The notes: generated from the letters alone by a model not told the origin. 64,000 nt of DNA from an uncultured Methanosarcinales archaeon (GCA_964566535.1 CAZMIO010000001.1:1-64000); one strand, 5' to 3'; counted from the first letter of the stretch, positions 42,078 through 51,139 are shown. Numbers and translations: made by a program.

Positions 42078-44518
42078 TGTTCTTTCTTTAAGCTGTTCTT
42101 TATTTGGTCTACGGTTTGTGCAGTTCCCACTACTTTCTCCTCTTTGTTAAGGAATAAGATTGTTGGGACTGGCAATGTTCCGTCTTCATTTCTCTTTAAC
42201 TGGTCTTTTAGGTCTTTGTAGTAACCTCTGAAAGTCTTTAGACCGTCTGTTGAAGACAAGTCGTAGATATCTCCCATTATGTTAGTAGTTTTTAGGTAGT
42301 CTTTTGCTTCAACACACTTTTCACAAGAAGGCATTGTGAATATCTTGTATTGGTTTATGTCAGTTCCTGTTGTTACTTCTAGTTCTTGGGCTTCTTGTTG
42401 TTCTCCTGCTACGACCTTCACAGTAAACTGGCTGCCTAACGATTTCTTTTCTGTATACTCTAGTCTGTCTTTGAATTCTTCTTTCTTACCTGGATTCCAA
42501 TTCTTTATTGGTCTGAAGTAACCAACAATTCTTGAGTACATCTCTGTTTCAGAGCCACATTCTTGACAATTTGGCTGTTCTCCTTTTAGGTAGCCGTGGT
42601 CTTTACAGACGCTGAATGTTGGTGTCAAGGTAAAGTAGGGTAGTTCTGTGTTTTCTGCTATTTTTTTGACCAATACTTTAGCTGATTCACCTGTTGACAT
42701 CGATTCACCCAGGAATGTATGGAAGATTGTTCCACCTGTGTATAATGGTTGGATGTCTTTTTGGTGCTCAATGGCCTCGATTGCATCATCTGTCTCGTTA
42801 ACCCCAAGATGGGTTGAGTTTGTAAGGTATGGTTCTTTGTCTCCAGATGTTGCTATCTTAGGGTGCATTTCTTTATCGAGTCTTGCAAACCTGTATGCAG
42901 TAGATTCTGCTGGTGTTGCTTCAAGGTTGTATAATGAGCCAGTCTGTTCCTGGAATCTTTGTAGTACCTCTCTCATAAAGTTTAGCACTTCAATTGTAAA
43001 TTCCTTACCTTCTTTTGAGTCAATGCCTTTACCTAGGTAGTTAATACAGCATTCATTCATTCCACACAAACCGATTGTGGAGAAATGGTTCTTGAATGTT
43101 CCTAAGTATGCTTTTGTGTAAGGCATAAGTCCATTTTTTAGGTTTCTTTCAACGATTTCTCTTTTGATCTCTAGAGATTCCTTGCCTAGTTCCATGTAAT
43201 GTTCTAATTTTTCCATGAACTCTTCTTTATTCTTTGCTTCATAACCAAGCCTGTTCATGTTTAAGGTAACAACACCTAAAGATCCTGTTGAGTCGCCTGG
43301 ACCCCACATTCCACCTGGTCTCTTAATCAATTGATTCTGGTCTAGGTTAAGTCTACAGCACATAGCTCTTATAGATCTTGGGTCAAGACCGGAGCCAATA
43401 TAGTTTTGGAAGTAAGGTGTTCCATATTTTGCTGTAACTTCGAAAAGAAGTTTTGCATTGTCAGATCCCCAGTCAAATTCTTTTGTTAGATTGTATGTAG
43501 GTATTGGGAAGGTAAATATTCTTCCTGCCGAATCTCCTTCTTTCATCACTTCTAAGAATGCTTGGTTAATCATATCCATCTCTTTTTGGCAGTCTCCGTA
43601 TGTGAATTCCTGAGCCTGTCCTGCAACAATTGCTTTCTTATCTTTTAAGTCTATAGCTGGTACCCAATCAAATGTTAGATTGGAGAATGGGTATTGTGAG
43701 CCCCACCTTGATGGTATGTTTAGAGAGAAGATAAGCTGCTGTATGCATTGCTTTACTTCTCTGTATGATAGTTCGTCTGTTTTTACAAATGGCGCTAAAA
43801 GAGTATCAACTGATGAGAATGCTTGTGCTCCAGCAAATTCCATCTGTAAGCAACCAATGTAGTTTACCATTTGGTGGACTACAGTATTTAGGTGCTTTGC
43901 TGGTTTACAATCAACTTTGTTTTTTACATTGCCAAAGCCTATCTTTAATAGTTTTTCTAATGACCAGCCTGCACAATAGCCAATAAATCCATGGCTTAGA
44001 TCGTGGATGTGCAAGTAGCCTTTCTTGTGGGCTTGGGATATTGCTGGTGTATAGATTTCGTTTAGTGCGAAGTTTGCAATAACCTTTCCTGCTGTATATA
44101 ACATCAATCCAGAGAATGAATAGTCTTCATTTGAGTTTTCTTTAACTCTCCAGTCTGTTTGACCTATGTATGAGTTGATAGTGTCTTTGATGTTAATGAA
44201 CATATCTTTTGTTTCTCTAACTTTTGCTCTTTGTTGTCTGTAAATGATGTATGTCTTTGCTGTTTTAGAATGACCATTTTTGATTAGGACCTTTTCAACA
44301 ATATCCTGGACTTCTTCAACTGTAGGGACTTCCTTATGGCCAAATTTATATTCAAGGATAGTGATTACTTTCTCACTTAATTCTTCAGCTCCTTGCTTGT
44401 CTGAACCGCCAACTGCTTTAGCCGCCTTAAAGATAGCATTTGTTACTTTCTCTTGGGCAAACTCAACTATTCTTCCATCTCTCTTTCTTACTTTTGTTAT
44501 TCTGTGTACTTTATTCAT
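42074..44518 (-). CDS. nrdD: Class III ribonucleotide reductase with ATP cone and C-terminal redoxin-like domain
   Basis: ATP cone; AMCCRL, EATPAES, YSRIVGYFRP; C-terminal CEKC...PVP. Confidence 0.95.
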   Translation of the reverse strand: MNKVHRITKVRKRDGRIVEFAQEKVTNAIFKAAKAVGGSDKQGAEELSEKVITILEYKFGHKEVPTVEEVQDIVEKVLIKNGHSKTAKTYIIYRQQRAKVRETKDMFINIKDTINSYIGQTDWRVKENSNEDYSFSGLMLYTAGKVIANFALNEIYTPAISQAHKKGYLHIHDLSHGFIGYCAGWSLEKLLKIGFGNVKNKVDCKPAKHLNTVVHQMVNYIGCLQMEFAGAQAFSSVDTLLAPFVKTDELSYREVKQCIQQLIFSLNIPSRWGSQYPFSNLTFDWVPAIDLKDKKAIVAGQAQEFTYGDCQKEMDMINQAFLEVMKEGDSAGRIFTFPIPTYNLTKEFDWGSDNAKLLFEVTAKYGTPYFQNYIGSGLDPRSIRAMCCRLNLDQNQLIKRPGGMWGPGDSTGSLGVVTLNMNRLGYEAKNKEEFMEKLEHYMELGKESLEIKREIVERNLKNGLMPYTKAYLGTFKNHFSTIGLCGMNECCINYLGKGIDSKEGKEFTIEVLNFMREVLQRFQEQTGSLYNLEATPAESTAYRFARLDKEMHPKIATSGDKEPYLTNSTHLGVNETDDAIEAIEHQKDIQPLYTGGTIFHTFLGESMSTGESAKVLVKKIAENTELPYFTLTPTFSVCKDHGYLKGEQPNCQECGSETEMYSRIVGYFRPIKNWNPGKKEEFKDRLEYTEKKSLGSQFTVKVVAGEQQEAQELEVTTGTDINQYKIFTMPSCEKCVEAKDYLKTTNIMGDIYDLSSTDGLKTFRGYYKDLKDQLKRNEDGTLPVPTILFLNKEEKVVGTAQTVDQIKNSLKKEQ

Positions 44519-44970
44519 TCTTTCACCTCTCCTATCTTCCTAAGTTCTTTTTCGAACGATTTAAGATTATTAAATTCGCGATAAACTGAAGCAAATCTTA
44601 TGTAGGCTACTTTGTCCAGCTCTTCTAACTTTCTTATGACTAATTCTCCGATATCTTTTGAGTTAATTTCAATTCCGTCTTTGTTTCTCAGCTCTGTTTC
44701 TATCTCGTCAACAAGTTTCTCAATCCTTTCTCTTGGAATAGGTCTTTTTTGACAAGCGCTTACAATACCCCTTAGAAGTTTGTTTCTGTTGAATTGTTCA
44801 CGTCTTCCATCTTTTTTTACAATGACTAAATCAATAGATTCTACTCTTTCGTATGTGGTAAATCTTTTTTTGCATTTAAGGCATTCTCTTCTTCGCCTTG
44901 TTGTTGAGATAGTAGGTTCCCGAGTATCGTTAACTTTTGTTTCAGCATGATAACAGTATGGACATTGCAT
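44515..44970 (-). CDS. nrdR: Transcriptional repressor NrdR
   Basis: MQCPYC, RRRRECLKC..RFTTYE, VAYIRFASVY. Confidence 0.97.
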   Translation of the reverse strand: MQCPYCYHAETKVNDTREPTISTTRRRRECLKCKKRFTTYERVESIDLVIVKKDGRREQFNRNKLLRGIVSACQKRPIPRERIEKLVDEIETELRNKDGIEINSKDIGELVIRKLEELDKVAYIRFASVYREFNNLKSFEKELRKIGEVKE

Positions 44971-45010
44971 TTTTACCCCTTTTTAAAATATAATTGAACG
45001 TACTCAGAAA

Positions 45011-45265
45011 TGTCAGAAACTTTCCACCAGTTTGTAACTGGTGGTTGAAATCCCATCTTCATTCATGATGTGAAAAGTTTCTGAGCATGCTCAAAAACCA
45101 CCTAAATGATGTTAGCTATGCTGTAGGCATGCCACCCATCTCTTGAAATCGTAGATTTATGAAAATCTCCTAGATTTTCATGACCTAAAAATTCTTTTGA
45201 ATTTTTAGATTTCTAAGATAATCAGGAATGTTTCATTCCTGACATACGATTGGTGGTTTTTGACA
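45011..45265 (+). repeat. Double-hairpin element, copy C, with nested inverted copy (45141-45244)
   Basis: TGTCAGAAACTTT...AAAGTTTCTGA-GCATGC-TCAAAAACCACC...GGTGGTTTTTGACA. Confidence 0.85.
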
Positions 45266-45307
45266 TTTTGTGAAAAGTTTCTGATATTGCAGCTTTATCG
45301 TCGAAAA

Positions 45308-45354
45308 ACACAAGATATAGTGTCTGATTGGCTAACAACTACTAAATATTGTGA
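45308..45354. promoter_or_regulatory. Tandem NrdR boxes
   Basis: ACACAAGATATAGTGT (45308) and CTACTAAATATTGTGA (45339), 31 bp apart; match acaCwAtATaTwGtgt. Confidence 0.8.
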
Positions 45355-45360
45355 GGATAC

Positions 45361-45377
45361 TCATATATAAACTTTTC
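45361..45377 (-). promoter_or_regulatory. BRE-TATA promoter of nrdR-nrdD-nrdG
   Basis: Minus strand reads GAAAAGTTTATATA. Confidence 0.65.
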
Positions 45378-45395
45378 TTTTTAATAGATAGTATC

Positions 45396-45443
45396 ATACT
45401 ATAGGTTGTGGCATATATATTATGATAACACTATATGGAGAAT
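45396..45443. promoter_or_regulatory. Second, weaker pair of NrdR-like boxes
   Basis: ATACTATAGGTTGTGG (45396) and ACACTATATGGAGAAT (45428), 32 bp apart. Confidence 0.5.
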
Positions 45444-46175
45444 CTACTTTTGACAGTGTTTTAGGGCGACAATTAGGTCTGTTTTTGAAAAATCCGGCCA
45501 TAGCCTTTCTGAGAAGTGGACCTGAGTATTGTTAGAATCCCACAGTAATAATCCATTTGTCTTTAGTTTAGGTCCGTTTACGATTAAAAGCTTCGGAGGG
45601 ATTAGGTATGAAGAATAAATGTTTTCTTTTACTGTGGTTTTGTCTATTAGGTCTGGATCTAGCTTACCTGCCTTTACTTGTCTTGCTATTAGTTTACACG
45701 CATCGACAATTTCTTCTTGGCCACCATAATTAATACAGAAGTTTACAAAGAATTGGTCATTGTCTTTTGTTGTGTCGATAATGGCCTTTATTTCATCGAC
45801 TAGTCTTCCAGGTAAGTCATACCACTTTCCAATAATTGAAACTTTTATTTTGTTTTCGCTTAAGATGTTGTTTTGATTGAGTTCTTTGAGGTATCCGATT
45901 AATGAATCGGTTAGGATTGGGAATGATTCAGATTCTTTATTGAAATCTTCTGGTAAGATAAAGAAAGTTGTAATTGAAATCTTGTTTTTTATCTGTTCGC
46001 TGATGACTTCGTTTATGATGAGTCCACTTTTTTCATAAGCTTCTTTTAGTGGAACTTTAACCTTTTCCGACCATATATTGATTCCTCCCAATGTTATAGC
46101 AACGTGGTTAGGGACAGATTGTAGGGGAACTTCGCTTTTTTCCTGTTTAAGGATATTCTTTACTTTTTCTAACAT
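45444..46175 (-). CDS. Degenerate cis-prenyltransferase (UppS-like)
   Basis: PNHVAI, INYGGQEEIVDA, LWPDF present; catalytic DGN.RW replaced by GGINIW. Confidence 0.85.
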   Translation of the reverse strand: MLEKVKNILKQEKSEVPLQSVPNHVAITLGGINIWSEKVKVPLKEAYEKSGLIINEVISEQIKNKISITTFFILPEDFNKESESFPILTDSLIGYLKELNQNNILSENKIKVSIIGKWYDLPGRLVDEIKAIIDTTKDNDQFFVNFCINYGGQEEIVDACKLIARQVKAGKLDPDLIDKTTVKENIYSSYLIPPKLLIVNGPKLKTNGLLLWDSNNTQVHFSERLWPDFSKTDLIVALKHCQK

Positions 46176-46238
46176 TAAAATCAGATAGCTTAGTTAAGGT
46201 GGTAAGATTTATAAAGTTTTTTGAAAATGTAATATAAA

Positions 46239-47102
46239 ATGGAGATAATTTTCATAATTGTCCTGGTTGCTTTGGTTATTGGGACGTATACTGACTTTAA
46301 AACTCGGGAAGTTCCTGATTGGGTGAATAAGGGACTTATTAGCCTAGGTATAGGGATTAATCTGATATTTTCTTTTGTTTATTGGGATTTTCAGTTTATA
46401 ATTAATAGTTTGGTTGGATTTGGAGTATTTTTTGGGTTGGCTTTGCTTATGTATTATACTGGGCAGTGGGGTGGTGGAGACTCTAAGATGATTATGGGGA
46501 TTGGAGCTATGATTGGGATTGATGTTTTTGCAGTTAGGGATTCTTTCTTACTTGGTTTCTTGTTTAATATTTTAGTTGTTGGAGCTTTTTATGGGTTGTT
46601 GTGGAGCTTTTTCTTGTCTGTTAAAAAGTTTAAGCCGCTTGTTAAGGATATGAAGAAGTCGTTTAGTTCGAAGGGGATGATTAGAGCTAAGAAAGGGATA
46701 GTTATTGCTTCACTTGTTATTATTTTGCTGTCTTTTTTGATTGAGGATTTGGGCGTTCGGTTATCTGGTTTTGTTTTGGCTTTATTGCTGATATCTATGT
46801 ATTATATTTGGGTTTATATTAAATCAGTTGAGAATGTTTGTATGTTGAAGTATGTTCCACCTTCTTTGTTAACTGAGGGTGACTGGATTGCTAAGGATAT
46901 TGTTGTTGGAGGGAAGTTTATTTCCGGACCTAAGGATTTGGGGATTGAGCAGAAGAAAATAAATGAGCTTAAGAGATTGTTTTCTAAGGGAAAAGTTGGG
47001 AAGATTTTAGTTAAAGAAGGAATTCCGTTTGTTCCTAGTTTTTTGATTGCTTATGTTGTTAGTTGGATTTATGGTAATTTGTTGTTTGTTGTTTTTGGTT
47101 AG
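46239..47102 (+). CDS. A24 prepilin peptidase
   Basis: TDFKTREVPD, GGGDSK, GIPFVPSF. Confidence 0.92.
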   Translation: MEIIFIIVLVALVIGTYTDFKTREVPDWVNKGLISLGIGINLIFSFVYWDFQFIINSLVGFGVFFGLALLMYYTGQWGGGDSKMIMGIGAMIGIDVFAVRDSFLLGFLFNILVVGAFYGLLWSFFLSVKKFKPLVKDMKKSFSSKGMIRAKKGIVIASLVIILLSFLIEDLGVRLSGFVLALLLISMYYIWVYIKSVENVCMLKYVPPSLLTEGDWIAKDIVVGGKFISGPKDLGIEQKKINELKRLFSKGKVGKILVKEGIPFVPSFLIAYVVSWIYGNLLFVVFG

Positions 47103-47104
47103 AA

Positions 47105-47431
47105 TTATTCTGTTGCTGGTCTGTGTAGTCTACCATCTAAGAATACATCGAATTTAGTTGCGTCTTTTCCGAAAGGCTCTAATTCTTTGTCTGCGATATC
47201 CCCTAGTCCTTGTCCTTTTGGTTGGGCCATGTCTGGGAAAGCACCTATTTGGGTAAAACTATGGCCTACTCTTACTCCAGCTGCAACTCTGTATGTTCCT
47301 TCTCCAGTTTGAGTTACATCTATTGCAATCTGGCCATCTTTAATCCATGAACCGTCTGGCATTTTTGCTTCTCCATTAAACAGTTTTTCTGCTTGAGATG
47401 CGTAAACCGGTCCTCTGTCTTCGTGATACAT
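47105..47431 (-). CDS. Hypothetical protein
   Basis: 108-aa ORF with CTTTATAA about 30 nt upstream. Confidence 0.6.
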   Translation of the reverse strand: MYHEDRGPVYASQAEKLFNGEAKMPDGSWIKDGQIAIDVTQTGEGTYRVAAGVRVGHSFTQIGAFPDMAQPKGQGLGDIADKELEPFGKDATKFDVFLDGRLHRPATE

Positions 47432-47521
47432 TTTAGGTTAGGTAATTATTGGTTAGTTATAAAGTTAACTGAAATTTATTGAGAGAATAAAAGCCTTCTG
47501 ACTATAAGGGTAGTCTACCCT

Positions 47522-47573
47522 CGTTTAAAATCGAAGATTTTTGACGTGATCAGAAATCTTTTGATTTCTGACA
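47522..47573 (-). repeat. Minimal double-hairpin element, copy D
   Basis: Minus strand TGTCAGAAATC-aaaa-GATTTCTGA-TCAC-GTCAAAAATC-ttc-GATTTTAAAC. Confidence 0.8.
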
Positions 47574-47617
47574 TATAACCCTCATATGCTTTCTCACTTT
47601 GTTCGAAAGAAAATGAA

Positions 47618-47701
47618 AGCCTTCGGCGAGAATTGAACTCGCGACCTATACCTGTTTGGAAGATATACCAAGGTATCGCTCTACCACTGAGCCACGAAGG
47701 C
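47618..47701 (-). tRNA. tRNA-Thr(GGU) with 12-nt intron (47654-47665)
   Basis: GCCTTCG/CGAAGGC, ATACC-TTGGTA[intron]A-GGTAT, TTGG/CCAA BHB helix. Confidence 0.93.
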
Positions 47702-47748
47702 GTACGTTATAGAATTAATTAAAGATATATAAAGTTTTAGGAATTTGG

Positions 47749-47982
47749 TTAAGCGTCGTGTTTCTTCTTAAGATATTCCATGTCTTTCTTTGCGACTGAT
47801 TTTGTTTTAGGGTCTTTAGTTAGGTTTCTGAGCTGATTCAGTCTTCTGATAACTGTTGCGTAGCTGTCTTTTTTTACAAGCTTGTTTAGAAGTGTGCGTC
47901 TTGTTTGGTCTGCCTGCGTCTTTTTCCAGCCGTAAAGATGACCTGGAGTTACCTTTGCCCATTTTTTTGGTTTTTTTGGCAT
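47749..47982 (-). CDS. Small basic protein
   Basis: 77-aa Lys/Arg-rich ORF with upstream TTTATAA. Confidence 0.7.
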   Translation of the reverse strand: MPKKPKKWAKVTPGHLYGWKKTQADQTRRTLLNKLVKKDSYATVIRRLNQLRNLTKDPKTKSVAKKDMEYLKKKHDA

Positions 47983-48081
47983 GGTAGGGGAGAAATTGGT
48001 TTTGAGAGTTATAAATGTTTCTGATAAACTAATGGGGTAGTTGTCTAAAATATTTATGTCCTTATAGTAGTAACATTTATA

Positions 48082-49848
48082 ATGTGTAATATGTTACTTA
48101 TACCTATGAATTTGATTGAAGAACCAGATATGTTAGGGATTCAGGAACACATAGATAGGCTTCCATCTAACTCTAGATTGATACGAATATTAGGGGTACA
48201 TTATTTGCATGCGGAGATTGAAGGTGATGAAGATAATACAACTGGAGATTTGTACCTTACTAGATATGGAGTTAGGGACTTATTACCTCTTTTACCTGGG
48301 AATTGGTATACTAAGGAATGGTGGCAGCAAAACCGAGTTGATTTAGCGGTTAAAAATGGAATACAACGTGCAACTGGAAGCGTTTTTAAGATCAGAACTA
48401 AGGAAGTTGATGGTAGAAGTCTAGAGTTAGTAGTTAAAAATAATAGGGTAGGACAAGAATTGCCAGGCGGGACGTATACTAATGAGGATATTCTAACTGC
48501 AGAGTTTAACAGCCCTTTGAGTGAGTTTGCTTTACTAGAATCATTGAAGACTTTAGGAAGGGAGGATGTTATTGGAACTCAAGAACCATTGGCTATCTTC
48601 TCCCCATCACGTAGGTTACCAAGGTGGCAAATAGGGAGAGATAGTTGGAGAGTTGATAGGGCCCTACATGCGCTGCCTGATCAAGATATCGAAATTGATA
48701 GGAGGTATGTTACTGTTTTTTCATGGGTTGAGGGTATTGATCTTTTGGAGGCACTCCAGTTAGGATATGTTTCTGAAGATGAGATGAATTCTGTTAATGA
48801 TGCTTCATATGTTGCTTTGAAAGATTTAGGTTATGTGAGTGCTGATCATAAACCTGCAAATCTAGTTGTACATCCATTAGGTAGAAAAGAATTAGAAAGG
48901 GATAGTAGTGGTAATCCCAGATTAATTTTTATAGATTCTGAACTTTTAAGGCCAGACCCAGAATTAATTGAGGATATGAGGAGAACTAAGAGGAGGCAAT
49001 ATTTTCAAAGACAATCACATAGGGACGAAGAAACTGCAACAGTTTTTCCACTTAATATCAGGCAATCAAATGTTTTAGGAGTTGATTATGTTTATGGTAA
49101 ACTTGAGATTTTTGATGGGGAACTATGGGTAGTTGGTAATGACCCTGATCTATTCGAGTATTTCTTACCTGAAAAATGGATGATTTCTCCACGAGCAAAA
49201 CTTTCTACTAGCAGAGATATCTACATGACTAGGACAACTGATGGTATAAATCTAGTGTGGAAAACATCTAATGTTGGGAAATTTCCATCTGAAGAACCTT
49301 TGAGCGAACGCGACTTATTATTGAATGGGCACGGCTATAACAGTCCATTTGAAGAGGTTGCAATTTCTGAGGAGCTAAGAATGATGGGGCTTCCAACTGT
49401 TAACATGAGAGCTATATACAGGACTTCTTTGTCTGGGGGATTAGATGAAGAATCATTTGATACATCAAGATTTGAATCACATGGTGGGATCTATGGGCCT
49501 TTTGGTGAGCCTGTCTTAAAACCAGGATATAGGTATATTACATTTTGGGGAGTTACAACGGACTCAGAAGAAGGAATGGGCATGACTGATGAGGATTACC
49601 ATGGTGGATTAAATTTAACTCATGCTCTTAGGAACGGTGTTGTTGATGTTGATACTTATAGGGCTTGTGTCGAAAAAGAAGAAAGAAAGCTTAGAGAATG
49701 TGGTTATTTAGACTTAAATGTAAGGGGAGGGAATTATTTATTATCTTATGATGCAGATGGTAATGTGATTAATGATGGTATTGATGGATTACCAGTGTTA
49801 CAGATAGCAAATCTTGAACTAATTTCTAGAATTAATGGGCATGTGTGA
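48082..49848 (+). CDS. Tandem-duplicated kinase-like protein
   Basis: Two halves: LVVK..FNSPLSE..DHKPAN..IDSE and LVWK..YNSPFEE..NVRGGN..ANLE; start may be 48106. Confidence 0.7.
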   Translation: MCNMLLIPMNLIEEPDMLGIQEHIDRLPSNSRLIRILGVHYLHAEIEGDEDNTTGDLYLTRYGVRDLLPLLPGNWYTKEWWQQNRVDLAVKNGIQRATGSVFKIRTKEVDGRSLELVVKNNRVGQELPGGTYTNEDILTAEFNSPLSEFALLESLKTLGREDVIGTQEPLAIFSPSRRLPRWQIGRDSWRVDRALHALPDQDIEIDRRYVTVFSWVEGIDLLEALQLGYVSEDEMNSVNDASYVALKDLGYVSADHKPANLVVHPLGRKELERDSSGNPRLIFIDSELLRPDPELIEDMRRTKRRQYFQRQSHRDEETATVFPLNIRQSNVLGVDYVYGKLEIFDGELWVVGNDPDLFEYFLPEKWMISPRAKLSTSRDIYMTRTTDGINLVWKTSNVGKFPSEEPLSERDLLLNGHGYNSPFEEVAISEELRMMGLPTVNMRAIYRTSLSGGLDEESFDTSRFESHGGIYGPFGEPVLKPGYRYITFWGVTTDSEEGMGMTDEDYHGGLNLTHALRNGVVDVDTYRACVEKEERKLRECGYLDLNVRGGNYLLSYDADGNVINDGIDGLPVLQIANLELISRINGHV

Positions 49849-49877
49849 AAAGTGTGAGAAAGATTAAAAAGAAAAAA

Positions 49878-50021
49878 TGCGAGGGAAGGGATTCGAACCC
49901 TCGGACGGACTAACCGACAGGATATCTTACGGTACAACCATAAGTGCCGCTCTGGTCTTAAGTTTCGCAAAGAGCTAAATTGCTCTTTCCTGCGCGTTTG
50001 ACCAGACTTCGCTACCCTCGC
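49878..50021 (-). tRNA. tRNA-Leu(UAA) with two introns (30/31: 49964-49988; 37/38: 49924-49956)
   Basis: GCGAGGG/CCCTCGC, CAGGA/TCCTG, long variable arm; BHB helices CGCA/TGCG and CTTA/TAAG. Confidence 0.9.
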
Positions 50022-50074
50022 ATAAATAGTCTGGTTAGTAGTTAGAATTAAAACTCAATATATAAACCTTTTGC

Positions 50075-50572
50075 TCACTTATAAGCTTCGAAGAACTCTT
50101 TTAAGGCCATATGCATGCTATAGACGTCTTTTCTTATCAGATTGTGGTATTTGCCTGTCCAGAATTTGAATACATACTTATCGGCTAATGCTCTCATGAA
50201 ATAGAACAGAGGTTTTTGATGCCATCTGGCTTCTAGGTCAGTTTCGATGAATCCATCGAATATGATTAGGACATCTCCGAAATTGAGCTTTCTTTTCTTA
50301 TCATTCTTAACAACTTCAACTTCTTGGATATTGTTGAACAGGGCTCGCATCCTTACAACGCCTTTTGCATAATTAGAATGCATTTTCCAGGCTTCAATAA
50401 ACCATTCTATCTTTTTACCTGTGGGGTTTACGTGCTCAAGTTTTCTCTTTATTTCTTTTTCCATCTCATTTGATTTTATCCAATACTCAGTTGTTTTAAA
50501 GAATTCAATAATATCAAAAGGGCCGTTATAACTAAATCTTAATCCATCAACAAGTATTTTTTTCTCTACCAT
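50075..50572 (-). CDS. Uncharacterised family protein, paralog 4 of 4
   Basis: YNGPFD, G.V.I.FDG.IE.D...W, F.R...DKY. Confidence 0.85.
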   Translation of the reverse strand: MVEKKILVDGLRFSYNGPFDIIEFFKTTEYWIKSNEMEKEIKRKLEHVNPTGKKIEWFIEAWKMHSNYAKGVVRMRALFNNIQEVEVVKNDKKRKLNFGDVLIIFDGFIETDLEARWHQKPLFYFMRALADKYVFKFWTGKYHNLIRKDVYSMHMALKEFFEAYK

Positions 50573-50586
50573 TTTTGAAAGGTTTA

Positions 50587-51123
50587 CTAATGAGCGAAAT
50601 GAGGAACTTTCGTTACGATGCTATAGTGTCTGTACATATTGAAGAATTTCTCAATATGGTCATAAAGCTGATGTATATCATAAGTTATTCTTCTTTCGAA
50701 CCTATCTGTGTACATCTTATAGATGAACTTGTCATATAAAGTTCTGAAGAATTGAAGCATGGGTGTTTCATCCCATCTATGCTCATAGTCAAACTCAATG
50801 TAACCATCAAAGTAAATCATTACATGTCCTTGGTCTACTGTCTGCTTTTTTTTGTCAACTATAGTTTCTACTTTTTTTAGCTCGTAGATTAGGACTCTGA
50901 TTTTGTATATGTATCTTATGTAGTCAGTGATTTTTTTCCAAGATGAGATTTCCCATTCTAAGAATTTTCCTTTTGGGGTGACTTGCTCGAAGTTTTTATT
51001 TGTTTTTTTTTCAATACCTCTTTCAAAAAGCCAAACATCAATAGTTCTAAAGAAATTGTTAGCATCAAATAATCCTTTGTAATCTAGCTTCATATGGTCT
51101 ACGATGATTCTTGTGTCAGACAT
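50587..51123 (-). CDS. Uncharacterised family protein, paralog 3 of 4
   Basis: YKGLFD, GHVMIYFDGYIEFDYEHRW, FRTLYDKF. Confidence 0.85.
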   Translation of the reverse strand: MSDTRIIVDHMKLDYKGLFDANNFFRTIDVWLFERGIEKKTNKNFEQVTPKGKFLEWEISSWKKITDYIRYIYKIRVLIYELKKVETIVDKKKQTVDQGHVMIYFDGYIEFDYEHRWDETPMLQFFRTLYDKFIYKMYTDRFERRITYDIHQLYDHIEKFFNMYRHYSIVTKVPHFAH

Positions 51124-51139
51124 TTAATTTCACACTCTT

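Noticed and set aside
49746..49970. 74-aa minus-strand ORF
   Set aside because: It overlaps tRNA-Leu and the kinase-like gene.
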